From the NCBI GenBank assembly GCA_963668025.2, contig CAXXTH010000017.1, positions 1,440,001 to 1,504,000 of the forward strand: 64,000 nucleotides of DNA, written 5' to 3'. A program made the position numbers and the translations under genes. The notes below the pieces were generated by a model. The model had not been told where the DNA came from. It was given only the letters and a program-made list of their open reading frames with translations, and did no database searches. The DNA comes from Candidatus Hydrogenedentota bacterium (GTDB lineage: Bacteria > Hydrogenedentota > Hydrogenedentia > Hydrogenedentales > SLHB01). Positions 51,098 to 60,183 of the stretch are shown here, piece by piece (the stretch's first letter is position 1; the number at the start of each line of letters is the position of its first letter).

Positions 51098-51846
51098 TCT
51101 TTTTCACGTTGCGCATGGGCCGCCTGAAACAACGCCACGCCGGCCGCCACGGCGACATTGAGGCTGTCGAGGCCGCCCGCCAAAGGTATGCTCACGAAAG
51201 CGTCGCAGGCCTTGCGCACGCCGGGACGCAGGCCTTCCGTCTCGTTGCCGAGCACGAGCACGGCGCGTTGGGCCCAAGGCGTGCGAAACACATCCATATC
51301 GCCTGCCGCGTCCAGGCCGTACGCCCAGAATCCTGCTTCCTTCATTTCGCGCAAGGCTTGGGCCATGTTACCGCAGCTCACGATGGGAAGATGAAACACC
51401 GCCCCCGCGCTGGCCCGCAGCACGGTGTCGTCGATGAGTGCGCCGCCGCGCGCCGTGAGGAGGAGGCCCGACGCCCCCGCCCCGAGCGCCGTGCGCGCCA
51501 TCATGCCCACATTGCGCGGATGCTGCACTTGATCGAGCGCCAGCAACAACGCGGTCGGCGGGCAAGCGGCGAGGCAATCTTCCAATGAGGCATACGCGAT
51601 AGGGCTGATCTGCGCCACTACCCCTTGGTGTTCCTGCGTGTCCGCCAGTTCGTTCAATTTGGCTTGCGGCACAAAATCGAACGGCACGCCACCGGCCCGC
51701 GCGGCCTCCACCAGCGCCGCACAATCCCGCGGGCGCGATTCCCGTGCAAAATACACCCGGTTCACCCGCCCGCCCGCGCGCAGCGCCTCCGCGACGCTCC
51801 GCGCACCGTATATCACTTGTCCCGCCAAATAGGTTTCTCCCAACAT
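51079..51846 (-). CDS. rlmB: 23S rRNA (G2251-2'-O)-methyltransferase, TrmH/SpoU family
   Basis: 'HQGVVA', 'LDQVQHPRNVG', 'SAGA', 'LGNETEGLR', 'DSLNVAVA'. Confidence 0.88.
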   Translation of the reverse strand: MLGETYLAGQVIYGARSVAEALRAGGRVNRVYFARESRPRDCAALVEAARAGGVPFDFVPQAKLNELADTQEHQGVVAQISPIAYASLEDCLAACPPTALLLALDQVQHPRNVGMMARTALGAGASGLLLTARGGALIDDTVLRASAGAVFHLPIVSCGNMAQALREMKEAGFWAYGLDAAGDMDVFRTPWAQRAVLVLGNETEGLRPGVRKACDAFVSIPLAGGLDSLNVAVAAGVALFQAAHAQREKERRKPF

Positions 51847-51891
51847 AGACCATCCATTGAAAACTCAGATGCCCACCTACTGGTAATTTTC

Positions 51892-52302
51892 TCACATAGC
51901 ATTTTTAAGCAATATGGAGCGTATGGCCGCTCGAACCTCGCGCGCCATCTTCACGGCCTCCCAAGCTTCTTTGACATCAATTGGATCCCAAGCGCCCGGA
52001 TAACGGGCTTCCACGGAATACCGGTTCAATGGCTGCACCTTTTCCACAGTTAGCGAGACTTCACCGGTGCGTATGGCTAAGTTGAACAGTACAACAAGAT
52101 CGTGAGTCTTAGGAAAGTAAATGCCATAATGTACCAGAAAGGCTTTCAGGTATTTCTCAGCGCACTGCTGGCAATGGAAGCACACAGTGTCCGTGGGGCA
52201 ATCGTCCTCGAGCGTCAATACATATTCCGCATTTCGCAGGTCATGCTCTGCTTTTTCCATCCAGCGCCACACTTCGAGTTCGAGTTCAGGCGGCCCGTTC
52301 AT
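51892..52302 (-). CDS. HEPN domain protein
   Basis: 'W..KAEHDL..A', 'CFHCQQCAEKYLKAFL', 'PKTHDL', 'ARYPG'. Confidence 0.88.
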   Translation of the reverse strand: MNGPPELELEVWRWMEKAEHDLRNAEYVLTLEDDCPTDTVCFHCQQCAEKYLKAFLVHYGIYFPKTHDLVVLFNLAIRTGEVSLTVEKVQPLNRYSVEARYPGAWDPIDVKEAWEAVKMAREVRAAIRSILLKNAM

Positions 52303-52615
52303 AAATGATCTTGCCTTCTTGTGCAGCCACGCGGACGATCGTCCCGATCACATCCTTTTGGCGTTCAAACTGGTCGGGCGTTACGACGATAACATCGATC
52401 GGAATGGTGCGGTCAGACAAGGCAAGGTCAATCTCGTTTGCCTTGCTGCGCAGAGAACCTTCAACGGGCATGACAACTAGAATGTCGAAATCGCTATCGG
52501 GCGTGGGCGTACCCTTCACATACGAACCGAATAAGATAATGCGGTCGGGATGAAATCGCGACACGATTCGCTGCGCCATCTCATCAAGGAATTGCATGCG
52601 CTCTTGTTCCGTCAT
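52286..52615 (-). CDS. Minimal nucleotidyltransferase (MNT)
   Basis: 'IILFGSYVKGTPTPDSDFDILVV' (GSx10DxD); overlaps the HEPN start. Confidence 0.88.
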   Translation of the reverse strand: MTEQERMQFLDEMAQRIVSRFHPDRIILFGSYVKGTPTPDSDFDILVVMPVEGSLRSKANEIDLALSDRTIPIDVIVVTPDQFERQKDVIGTIVRVAAQEGKIIYERAA

Positions 52616-52982
52616 CTCATGTTCCTTTCGATTGGACGGTTCCATGTTATTTGGACATGCCACGCGGCTAAATGTCAACCTCGAATCGCCGCATAACTGG
52701 GATGTCGGAAAGCGTGTGCATACAAATGGCTCATATATTCACGACCATTCATTCCACAGCGCCGTCATCACCCATTTCACCTATTTGGTGAGATCCCGTG
52801 GCATGGGCGTCCCGGCCATGCAACGGTCCGCCATAATCACGTGGCTTCGCGATGGCAGTCCAGTATTTGCAGCGTGTATTGAAATAGCGCACCCAAGGTG
52901 GCAGAATGATACCGAAAGGTTCTGCTTCCATACACCATGTGATATGCGAATGTGGCGCGAAAAGCATGAAAGGGGATGAACC

Positions 52983-54194
52983 ATGAACGTACAAGTTTTC
53001 TCCTTGACCGTTGCTGTTTGCCTAAGCCTTTTGATTACTCCTCCGTGCGCGGGCTCAGGGCAGGTTTCCACCACTGTCCCAGATGCCGCTGTCATCGCCT
53101 CTAATGCGTTCGCGATGGATCTGTACGCCGCCTTGCGCAAGCAGGAAGGCAACTTGTTCTTCTCGCCCGCCAACATCGCCTGCACACTGGCCATGGCGGA
53201 AGCGGGCGCACGCGGCAAAACGGCCCAAGAGATCCGGGATGTGCTCCACATGCCCGATGACTCGTTGGCCATGCACAAGGCCTTCGGCGCATTGGGCAAA
53301 AGCGCGCCGGGCGGAATCCTTCTCTACTCCGCCAACGCGATATGGTCGCCCGAGCCCATCCAACTGCTCGAACCCTTCCAAACCATCATGGAACGGGCCT
53401 ATGGCGTCAACAGCGTCATGACGCCAAATCCCGGGGATTCAAGGGAATATCATATCCAGATCAATGAGTGGATCGCGAAAGAAACGAACAACCGGATCAC
53501 AGAAGCGATCCGGTTCGAGGATTTGCCCCCGGGAGGGCTTAGCCTATCGCTGGTGAGCGCTTCCTATATGAATGGGCAATGGCGCGCCCAGTTTCCACGA
53601 CAGCGAACAGAAACCGCGCCGTTCACTACGGCCAGTGGTGAAACAGTCGAAGTTCCCACGATGCATATGGATGATTTCCTTGAATATGGGGAGAAAGAAA
53701 ACTGCCAAGTGCTGGAAATGAGCTATCAAAATAGCGTAATGGCCATGATTCTCGTGCTACCCAAAGAGCCTGATGGCCTGCCCGCTTTAGAAAAAGAACT
53801 CACCCAAATCGAAGTGAACGCCTGGCTGCCCAAAATGCAGCCCGTTATGGCCATCGTCAGTTTGCCCCGGTTTCGTTTTACGTCCGATCTGCATCTCGGC
53901 AATGTGCTGGGAAAAATGGGCATGCCCACCGCTTTCAGCGACAAAGCGGACTTTAAAAATATGATGTCTATTGATGGATTGCAGTTAAAACTGGCCAAGC
54001 ATTGCTCGTGGGTGGATGTAAACGAAGAGGGTACGGAAGCCGCCTCCGCTACCGTTATGGGGATAGGCATGCCTGGAATGGTTGATGAGTCCGTCGACTT
54101 TATCGCCGACCATCCCTTCCTATTTTTTATCCAGGACAGAAAGAGCGGTTTGATTCACTATGTAGGGCGCGTTCTGGATCCATTGCAGAAATAA
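52983..54194 (+). CDS. Serpin 1 (secreted)
   Basis: Signal peptide; 'SNAFAMDLY', 'NLFFSP', hinge 'EEGTEAASAT', signature 'FIADHPFLFFI'. Confidence 0.92.
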   Translation: MNVQVFSLTVAVCLSLLITPPCAGSGQVSTTVPDAAVIASNAFAMDLYAALRKQEGNLFFSPANIACTLAMAEAGARGKTAQEIRDVLHMPDDSLAMHKAFGALGKSAPGGILLYSANAIWSPEPIQLLEPFQTIMERAYGVNSVMTPNPGDSREYHIQINEWIAKETNNRITEAIRFEDLPPGGLSLSLVSASYMNGQWRAQFPRQRTETAPFTTASGETVEVPTMHMDDFLEYGEKENCQVLEMSYQNSVMAMILVLPKEPDGLPALEKELTQIEVNAWLPKMQPVMAIVSLPRFRFTSDLHLGNVLGKMGMPTAFSDKADFKNMMSIDGLQLKLAKHCSWVDVNEEGTEAASATVMGIGMPGMVDESVDFIADHPFLFFIQDRKSGLIHYVGRVLDPLQK

Positions 54195-54271
54195 ATGATA
54201 ACGAAAGGTTCTGCTTCCATACACCATGTGATATGCGAATGTGGCGCGAAAAGCATGAAAGGGGATGAACC

Positions 54272-55480
54272 ATGAACGTACAAGTTTTCTCCTTGACCGT
54301 TGCTGTTTGCCTAAGCCTTTTGATTGCTCCTCCGTGCGCGGGCTCAGGGCAGATTTCCACCACTGTCCCAGATGCCGCTGTCATCGCCTCCAATGCGTTC
54401 GCGATGGATCTGTACGCCGCCTTGCGCAAGCAGGAAGGCAACCTGTTCTTCTCGCCCGCCAACATCGCCTGCACACTGGCCATGGCGGAAGCGGGCGCAC
54501 GCGGCCAGACCGCCCAAGAGATCCGGGACGTGCTCCACATGCGCAAAGGCTCGCTGGCCATGCACAAGGCCTTCGGCGCATTGGGCAAAAGCGCGCCGGG
54601 TGGAGTCCTTCTCTATTCCGCCAACTCGATATGGGCGCCCAAGCCCATCCAGCTTCTCGAACCCTTTCAAACCATCATGGAACGGGCGTATGGCATCAGC
54701 AGCATCATGATGCCTAATCCAAACGATTCGCGAGATATTTATGGCCAAATCAATGCATGGATAGCGCAACAAACGAACAACCGGATTGAATCCACGATTC
54801 TTCGTAGCGACATTCCTAGCGTTCCTCTAAATATGTTTCTCGTGAGCGCTTCTTATATGAAAGGAACATGGCACACTCCGTTTCCCCGCGAGCGCACCCA
54901 ACCAGGCGCTTTCACCATGGCCAGCGGGAATATAATCCAAGTACCCACCATGCATCTAGATTGTCGGCTTGGGTATGCTAAAAAAGACGGCTGCCAGATT
55001 CTTAGTTTGCCTTACAGTAAAAGTACATTATCTATGATAATCGTACTCCCAAATGACCCGGACGGGCTTCCCGCCTTGGAAAAAGAGATCTCGCAAAGTG
55101 ATATAAAAAAATGGATGCCCTGGCTTGATACCGCTAAAGCAAAGGTAAGCCTGCCACGGTTTTGTTTGGCGTCAAATTTTGAACTTAAAAAAACGCTGAG
55201 CGATATGGGCATGCCTCTGGCTTTTTGTGCTTCAGCGGATTTTGGAAACATTACCGCTGATTGCCCATGGTGGATCATGCTTGCAAAGCACTGCGCCTGG
55301 GTGGACGTAAACGAGGAGGGCACGGAAGCCGCCTCAGCAACTGTTTTGGGTTATGGAATGGGTCCGGTGCCGGAGGAGGTCGATTTCATCGCTGATCACC
55401 CCTTTCTGCTTCTCATCCGTGACCGTGACACGGGCCTGATCCATTATATCGGGCGCGTTCTGGATCCTACTCAGAATTAG
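54272..55480 (+). CDS. Serpin 2 (secreted)
   Basis: Same motifs as serpin 1; hinge 'EEGTEAASAT', 'FIADHPFLLLI'. Confidence 0.92.
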   Translation: MNVQVFSLTVAVCLSLLIAPPCAGSGQISTTVPDAAVIASNAFAMDLYAALRKQEGNLFFSPANIACTLAMAEAGARGQTAQEIRDVLHMRKGSLAMHKAFGALGKSAPGGVLLYSANSIWAPKPIQLLEPFQTIMERAYGISSIMMPNPNDSRDIYGQINAWIAQQTNNRIESTILRSDIPSVPLNMFLVSASYMKGTWHTPFPRERTQPGAFTMASGNIIQVPTMHLDCRLGYAKKDGCQILSLPYSKSTLSMIIVLPNDPDGLPALEKEISQSDIKKWMPWLDTAKAKVSLPRFCLASNFELKKTLSDMGMPLAFCASADFGNITADCPWWIMLAKHCAWVDVNEEGTEAASATVLGYGMGPVPEEVDFIADHPFLLLIRDRDTGLIHYIGRVLDPTQN

Positions 55481-55511
55481 GCAGTACAACGTTTTATAGG
55501 AGGAACCAACG

Positions 55512-56723
55512 ATGTGGAAAACAGGACTTGTTGTGGGAGTAGCGATGTGCTCAGTGGCGATGGCCACGACTATGGAGGATCAGATTGAAAAGGCCAAACC
55601 CGCCGCCGAGGCGTCCAATGCCTTCGCGGGTGATTTGTATGGCGCATTACGCACACAAGAGGGCAATCTTTTCTTCTCGCCCGCGAGCGTCTCGATTGGC
55701 TTGGCCATGGGCGAAGCAGGCGCGCGCGGCGACACTGAGGCGCAGATGGCCAAGACGCTCCACTTGCCGCCGAACGACCCCGCGATTCACGAAGCCTTTG
55801 GCGCGCTCGTCTGGTTACTGACGCAGCCCGGAAGCGACTGCGGACTACGAGCCGTGAATTCCATGTGGGCGCAACGGGACTATCCTTTCTGCGATTCGTA
55901 TATGCACATCGTGCGGGATATATACGGCGCCCAAGCGCATAAGGCCGACTTCATCCAGGCGGCTGACTCAGCGTGCGAAATAATTAATGCCTGGACCGCC
56001 ACGCAAACCAATTTTCGCATATGCGATCTGATCCCGCCAGGGCTTCTCGATTCGAGAACCCGAATGGTGCTCGTGAATGCGATGTATTTCAAAGCCCGAT
56101 GGACATTTAAGTTCCTGGAAAAGAACACGAAAGACGCCCCCTTCCACCTCACGTCCGAACAGACGGTGCAAGCGCCCATGATGCACCAACGAGGCATGTA
56201 CCGGTATGGCGAGAATGAGACGATGCAGTTCCTCGAAAAGACATACGTGAGCGGAAGCATGGCCATGATGATACTCTTGCCTCGGGCGGTGGACGGTTTG
56301 CCCGCCATCGAGCGGCAATTCAGCGCAAAGGCCTTGCAGGACTGGCTGTCCCAGTCGCAGGACGAGGATGCGGAGGTAGCGATTCCCCGTTTTCGCATGG
56401 AATCGTCCTTCTCCTTAAAAGACACGCTCAGCGCCTTGGGCATGCCGCTGGCCTTCAGCGGCGGGGCGGCGGATTTCACGGGTATGACCGACAAGGAGAA
56501 GGCGTTGTATCTGTCATTCGTGCTCCATAGGGCGTTTGTCGACGTGAACGAAGAAGGCACGGAAGCCACTGCGGCCACGGGTTTTGGCTATATGGGCGGA
56601 GGCGAACTCACAGAGGGTCCGCCTAAACAGTTCAACGCCGATCATCCGTTCCTGTTCGTCATCCGCGAAACCTATACGGGGACGATTCTCTTCGTAGGAA
56701 GGGTGATGAATCCGGCGCAATGA
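55512..56723 (+). CDS. Serpin 3 (secreted)
   Basis: 'LVNAMYFKARW', hinge 'EEGTEATAAT', 'FNADHPFLFVI'. Confidence 0.93.
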   Translation: MWKTGLVVGVAMCSVAMATTMEDQIEKAKPAAEASNAFAGDLYGALRTQEGNLFFSPASVSIGLAMGEAGARGDTEAQMAKTLHLPPNDPAIHEAFGALVWLLTQPGSDCGLRAVNSMWAQRDYPFCDSYMHIVRDIYGAQAHKADFIQAADSACEIINAWTATQTNFRICDLIPPGLLDSRTRMVLVNAMYFKARWTFKFLEKNTKDAPFHLTSEQTVQAPMMHQRGMYRYGENETMQFLEKTYVSGSMAMMILLPRAVDGLPAIERQFSAKALQDWLSQSQDEDAEVAIPRFRMESSFSLKDTLSALGMPLAFSGGAADFTGMTDKEKALYLSFVLHRAFVDVNEEGTEATAATGFGYMGGGELTEGPPKQFNADHPFLFVIRETYTGTILFVGRVMNPAQ

Positions 56724-56783
56724 TGGCGGCGGCGCTCGCCGGGGAAGAGCACGGCGGAAAAAGCAATGTACTATTACTATGCC

Positions 56784-56803
56784 ATTCCCGCGAAAGCGGG
56801 AAT
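56784..56803. repeat. ATTCCC-N8-GGGAAT palindrome (dRS3/REP-like)
   Basis: ATTCCCGCGAAAGCGGGAAT. Confidence 0.55.
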
Positions 56804-56936
56804 GACGGTGGGGTGAGTTATGCGCAAGTGTCAACGACGATGCCGTGGAACCGTTTCCGGATGCGGGACGTCGTTGGGCGCGTTGAGAAGCCTTTTGAGA
56901 ACCAGAACGTGTTAGTATGATGAGGAGGAGTCGGCC

Positions 56937-58163
56937 ATGCGGAATAGGTGGATTTTCATCGGAGTGGCCATTTTGTTCGCCGTGATGCCCGGTTTCTCTA
57001 CGGCGGAAGCGAATACCAGGGAACCTGCTGTCGCAGCCCCCGCCGTGGCGGCGTCCAATGCGTTCGCAGGCGACTTATATGGCGCGCTGCGTGCGCAGGA
57101 GGGCAATCTATTCCTTTCGCCCGCGAGCATCTCCATTGGCTTGGCCATGGGCGAAGCCGGCGCGCGCGGCGAAACCGAAGCGGAGATGGCAAGAACGCTC
57201 CATCTGCCGCCGAATACGCCCGCGATACACGATGCCTTTGGCGCACTCGTGCGGCTGCTGAAGCAGCGTGAACTCAACAGCGAACTGCAAACCATGAATA
57301 CGTTATGGTCGCAAAAAGGTTTTGTCTTTTTCGATACGTACATGCGCGTCGTGAAGGATCTGTATTCGGCCCAGGCATTTGAGGCCGACTTCATCGGCTC
57401 CGCAAATTCGGCACGCAGACTCATTAATAACTGGACCGCCGAGCAGACCAACGACCGCATACGCAACTTGCTCCCGGCAGGGCTCCTCGATTCCTACACC
57501 CGTATGGTGTTGGTGAATACGATCTATTTCAAAGCCAGGTGGACAACGGAGTTTACGAAAGCTAACACGGAGGACGCCCCTTTCCATCTCACGCCCGACC
57601 AAACCGTGCAAATACCGATGATGCACCAAAAAGGCACGTACCGGTATGGCGAGAACGAAACGATGCAACTCCTTGAAAAAACGTACGCGGGCGGATGCAT
57701 CGCCATGACAATTCTTTTGCCGCGCGCGGTTGACGGCTTGCCCGCCCTCGAGCGGCAATTCAGCGCGGAAGCCTTGCAAGACTGGCTGTCACAGTCGAGT
57801 GAGTCGAATGCAGAAATGGCGCTCCCCTGTTTCCGCATAGAATCGTCTTTTTCCCTGAGCGACACGCTTATTGCCTTGGGCATGCCGCTTGCCTTCAGTA
57901 CGAAGGCGGATTTCTCTGGAATATCGGACGACGAGAGGGGACTCTATTTATCAGCGGTGGTCCATAAGGCCTATATTGAAGTAGACGAAGAAGGCACGGA
58001 AGCCGCCTCAGCCACGGGCGGTGTTTACGCATGTGCTATTTCCGCACCCAAAATGGATCCACCAAAGGTGTTCAATGCCGATCATCCATTCCTATTTGTT
58101 ATTCGCGAAACCAGGACAGGGGCTATAATCTTTCTTGGAAGAGTGATGAATCCTGCGAAGTAA
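56937..58163 (+). CDS. Serpin 4 (secreted)
   Basis: 'LVNTIYFKARW', hinge 'EEGTEAASAT', 'FNADHPFLFVI'. Confidence 0.93.
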   Translation: MRNRWIFIGVAILFAVMPGFSTAEANTREPAVAAPAVAASNAFAGDLYGALRAQEGNLFLSPASISIGLAMGEAGARGETEAEMARTLHLPPNTPAIHDAFGALVRLLKQRELNSELQTMNTLWSQKGFVFFDTYMRVVKDLYSAQAFEADFIGSANSARRLINNWTAEQTNDRIRNLLPAGLLDSYTRMVLVNTIYFKARWTTEFTKANTEDAPFHLTPDQTVQIPMMHQKGTYRYGENETMQLLEKTYAGGCIAMTILLPRAVDGLPALERQFSAEALQDWLSQSSESNAEMALPCFRIESSFSLSDTLIALGMPLAFSTKADFSGISDDERGLYLSAVVHKAYIEVDEEGTEAASATGGVYACAISAPKMDPPKVFNADHPFLFVIRETRTGAIIFLGRVMNPAK

Positions 58164-58184
58164 TGGCGTCGGAATGCGCGAAAG

Positions 58185-58300
58185 AGGACAAGAAAGCGGT
58201 AGCAAGCTACCGCACTCCATACATGCTCTAAGTATTTCTTATGAAAGTATTTGGAGTGCGGCAGCTTGCTGCCGCTTTGGGCGTGCGGATTTCATTTGGA
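58185..58300. repeat. REPIN-like inverted REP pair, copy 2
   Basis: AAAGCGGTAGCAAGCTACCGCACTCCA...TGGAGTGCGGCAGCTTGCTGCCGCTTT; homologous to 44834-44948. Confidence 0.75.
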
Positions 58301-58513
58301 TGCGCTCTTGCGATTCCATAGCGATATCCGACTCGCCGGGTAAAGGCACGACGAAAGAAGCAATGTACTACCATGGCGCCGTTCCCTTTCGCGGTGAAGG
58401 CGTTTGGGTGAGTATTGCGAAAATGTCAACGAAGCGAGTATGGAAGCCGTTTTCCGTGGGTGGGACGCCATTAGGCGCTCAGAGCGTTTTAATACGATTA
58501 GGAGGAGCCAAAC

Positions 58514-59737
58514 ATGCGGAATACTTGGATACTCAGTGGAATGGCGTTGTTGTTTGCCGCGATACCTGTTCGTTCAATGGCGGAGGAAATCACCATGCAG
58601 CCCACCACTACCGTAGCCCCCGCCGTGGCGGCGTCCAACGCTTTTACGGGCGATCTGTATGGCGCGCTGCGCGCACAGGAGGGCAATCTATTTCTTTCGC
58701 CCGCAAGCATCTCGATCTCCTTAGCCATGGTCGAGGCGGGGGCGCGCGGCGGTACGGAGGCGGAGATGGTTAAAACGCTTCATTTGCCGCCCAATACGCC
58801 CGCGATACATGAGTCCTTTGGCGCGCTGGTGCGGCGCTTGAAGGATGACGCCAGCGGCTGTGAACTGCGCACGGCGAACGCCTTATGGGCGCAACAGGGG
58901 TATCCATTTCTCGATTCGTACAGGCGCGTGGTGCAGGATATGTATAACGCCCAAGCATCGGAGGCCGATTTCGCACGCGCTGCCGAATCGGTGCGCAAGA
59001 TCATCAATGACTGGACCGCCGGGCAGACCAACGCCCGCATACGCGACTTGATCCCATCGGGGCTTCTGAATGCGAATACGCGCTTGGTGCTGGTGAACGC
59101 CATTTATTTCAAAGGGCTGTGGGAAAGCCCGTTCAAGCCTGATCTCTCGGAAGATGCGCCGTTCCAGCTCGAACCGGAGCAAACCGTGCAAGTGCGCATG
59201 ATGCGCCAAAAGGGCAATTTCAAATACGGCGAGACCGATACGATGCAACTCCTCGAAATGCCCTATGTGGGCGGACGCATCGCCATGGCGATTCTCTTGC
59301 CACGCGCCGTGGATGGGCTCCCGGCGCTCGAACAGCAGTTCAACTCGACCGCCCTCCAGGATTGGCTATCTCGGGCGCGCAAGGTGGAAACGGCCGTGTC
59401 GATTCCCAAGTTCCGCATGGAATCGTCCTTTTCGCTAAACGACACCCTTATCGCCTTGGGCATGCCGCTGGCTTTTAGCATGAAGGCCGATTTTTCGGGC
59501 ATGGCGGACGATGACAAGGCGCTATTTTTGTCGGCGGTGGTCCACAAGGCATTTGTCGAGGTGAACGAGGAAGGCACGGAAGCCGCCGCGGCCACGGGCG
59601 CCGCCGTAGCGGTCAAGTCATCCGTGCCCCGGCCCCCAAAAATATTCAATGCGGATCACCCTTTCCTTTTTATTATGCGCGACACCGATACGGGTGCGAT
59701 CCTTTTCTTGGGGAGGGTGATGAATCCGGCGAAATGA
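58514..59737 (+). CDS. Serpin 5 (secreted)
   Basis: 'LVNAIYFKGLW', hinge 'EEGTEAAAAT', 'FNADHPFLFIM'. Confidence 0.94.
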   Translation: MRNTWILSGMALLFAAIPVRSMAEEITMQPTTTVAPAVAASNAFTGDLYGALRAQEGNLFLSPASISISLAMVEAGARGGTEAEMVKTLHLPPNTPAIHESFGALVRRLKDDASGCELRTANALWAQQGYPFLDSYRRVVQDMYNAQASEADFARAAESVRKIINDWTAGQTNARIRDLIPSGLLNANTRLVLVNAIYFKGLWESPFKPDLSEDAPFQLEPEQTVQVRMMRQKGNFKYGETDTMQLLEMPYVGGRIAMAILLPRAVDGLPALEQQFNSTALQDWLSRARKVETAVSIPKFRMESSFSLNDTLIALGMPLAFSMKADFSGMADDDKALFLSAVVHKAFVEVNEEGTEAAAATGAAVAVKSSVPRPPKIFNADHPFLFIMRDTDTGAILFLGRVMNPAK

Positions 59738-59778
59738 TGACGATGGATGCTTTTTCTGGGCAAATTTTACGGAAGATA

Positions 59779-60116
59779 CACCACCAAGGCACAAAGACAC
59801 GAGGAGGCTCGCAAGAATTATCTGGCGTATGTAGCCATTATATATGTAAAATACGTAACTGTCTAGCCGGTTCTGCAATTTGCACAAAGAAACCCGAATC
59901 ACCGTGATTCCCGAAAACACGTGAATCCAGATAATATAGATAAAATCGAATCACAGACCCTTAATTCCCGCATTCACGAGAACGAAGTTCCTACTTTAGA
60001 GCATGATGGCTTCAAATCTTGACACCTGCTAGACAGTTACTAAAATATTTACTAATCTAAGACAGAGCAGGCAAGTAAAGGCTTAGGGCTCCTTGTGTCT
60101 TAGTGTCTTAGTGGTG
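59779..60116. repeat. Inverted-repeat element with 8-nt-periodic arms enclosing MITE copy 2
   Basis: CACCACCAAGGCACAAAGACACGAGGAG (59779-59806) versus the reverse complement of 60089-60116, CACCACTAAGACACTAAGACACAAGGAG (24/28 identical). Confidence 0.7.
59855..60040. mobile_element. 186-bp MITE, copy 2
   Basis: Same terminal inverted repeats as 12899-13084; flanks TAAAATAC / TAAAATAT (7/8 direct repeat). Confidence 0.85.
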
Positions 60117-60183
60117 AAAAACGTTTTTTTGGTTGCGGCCATGCCGCGCAAAGCATTTCGTTGTCCCTTTAATAATGATATCT

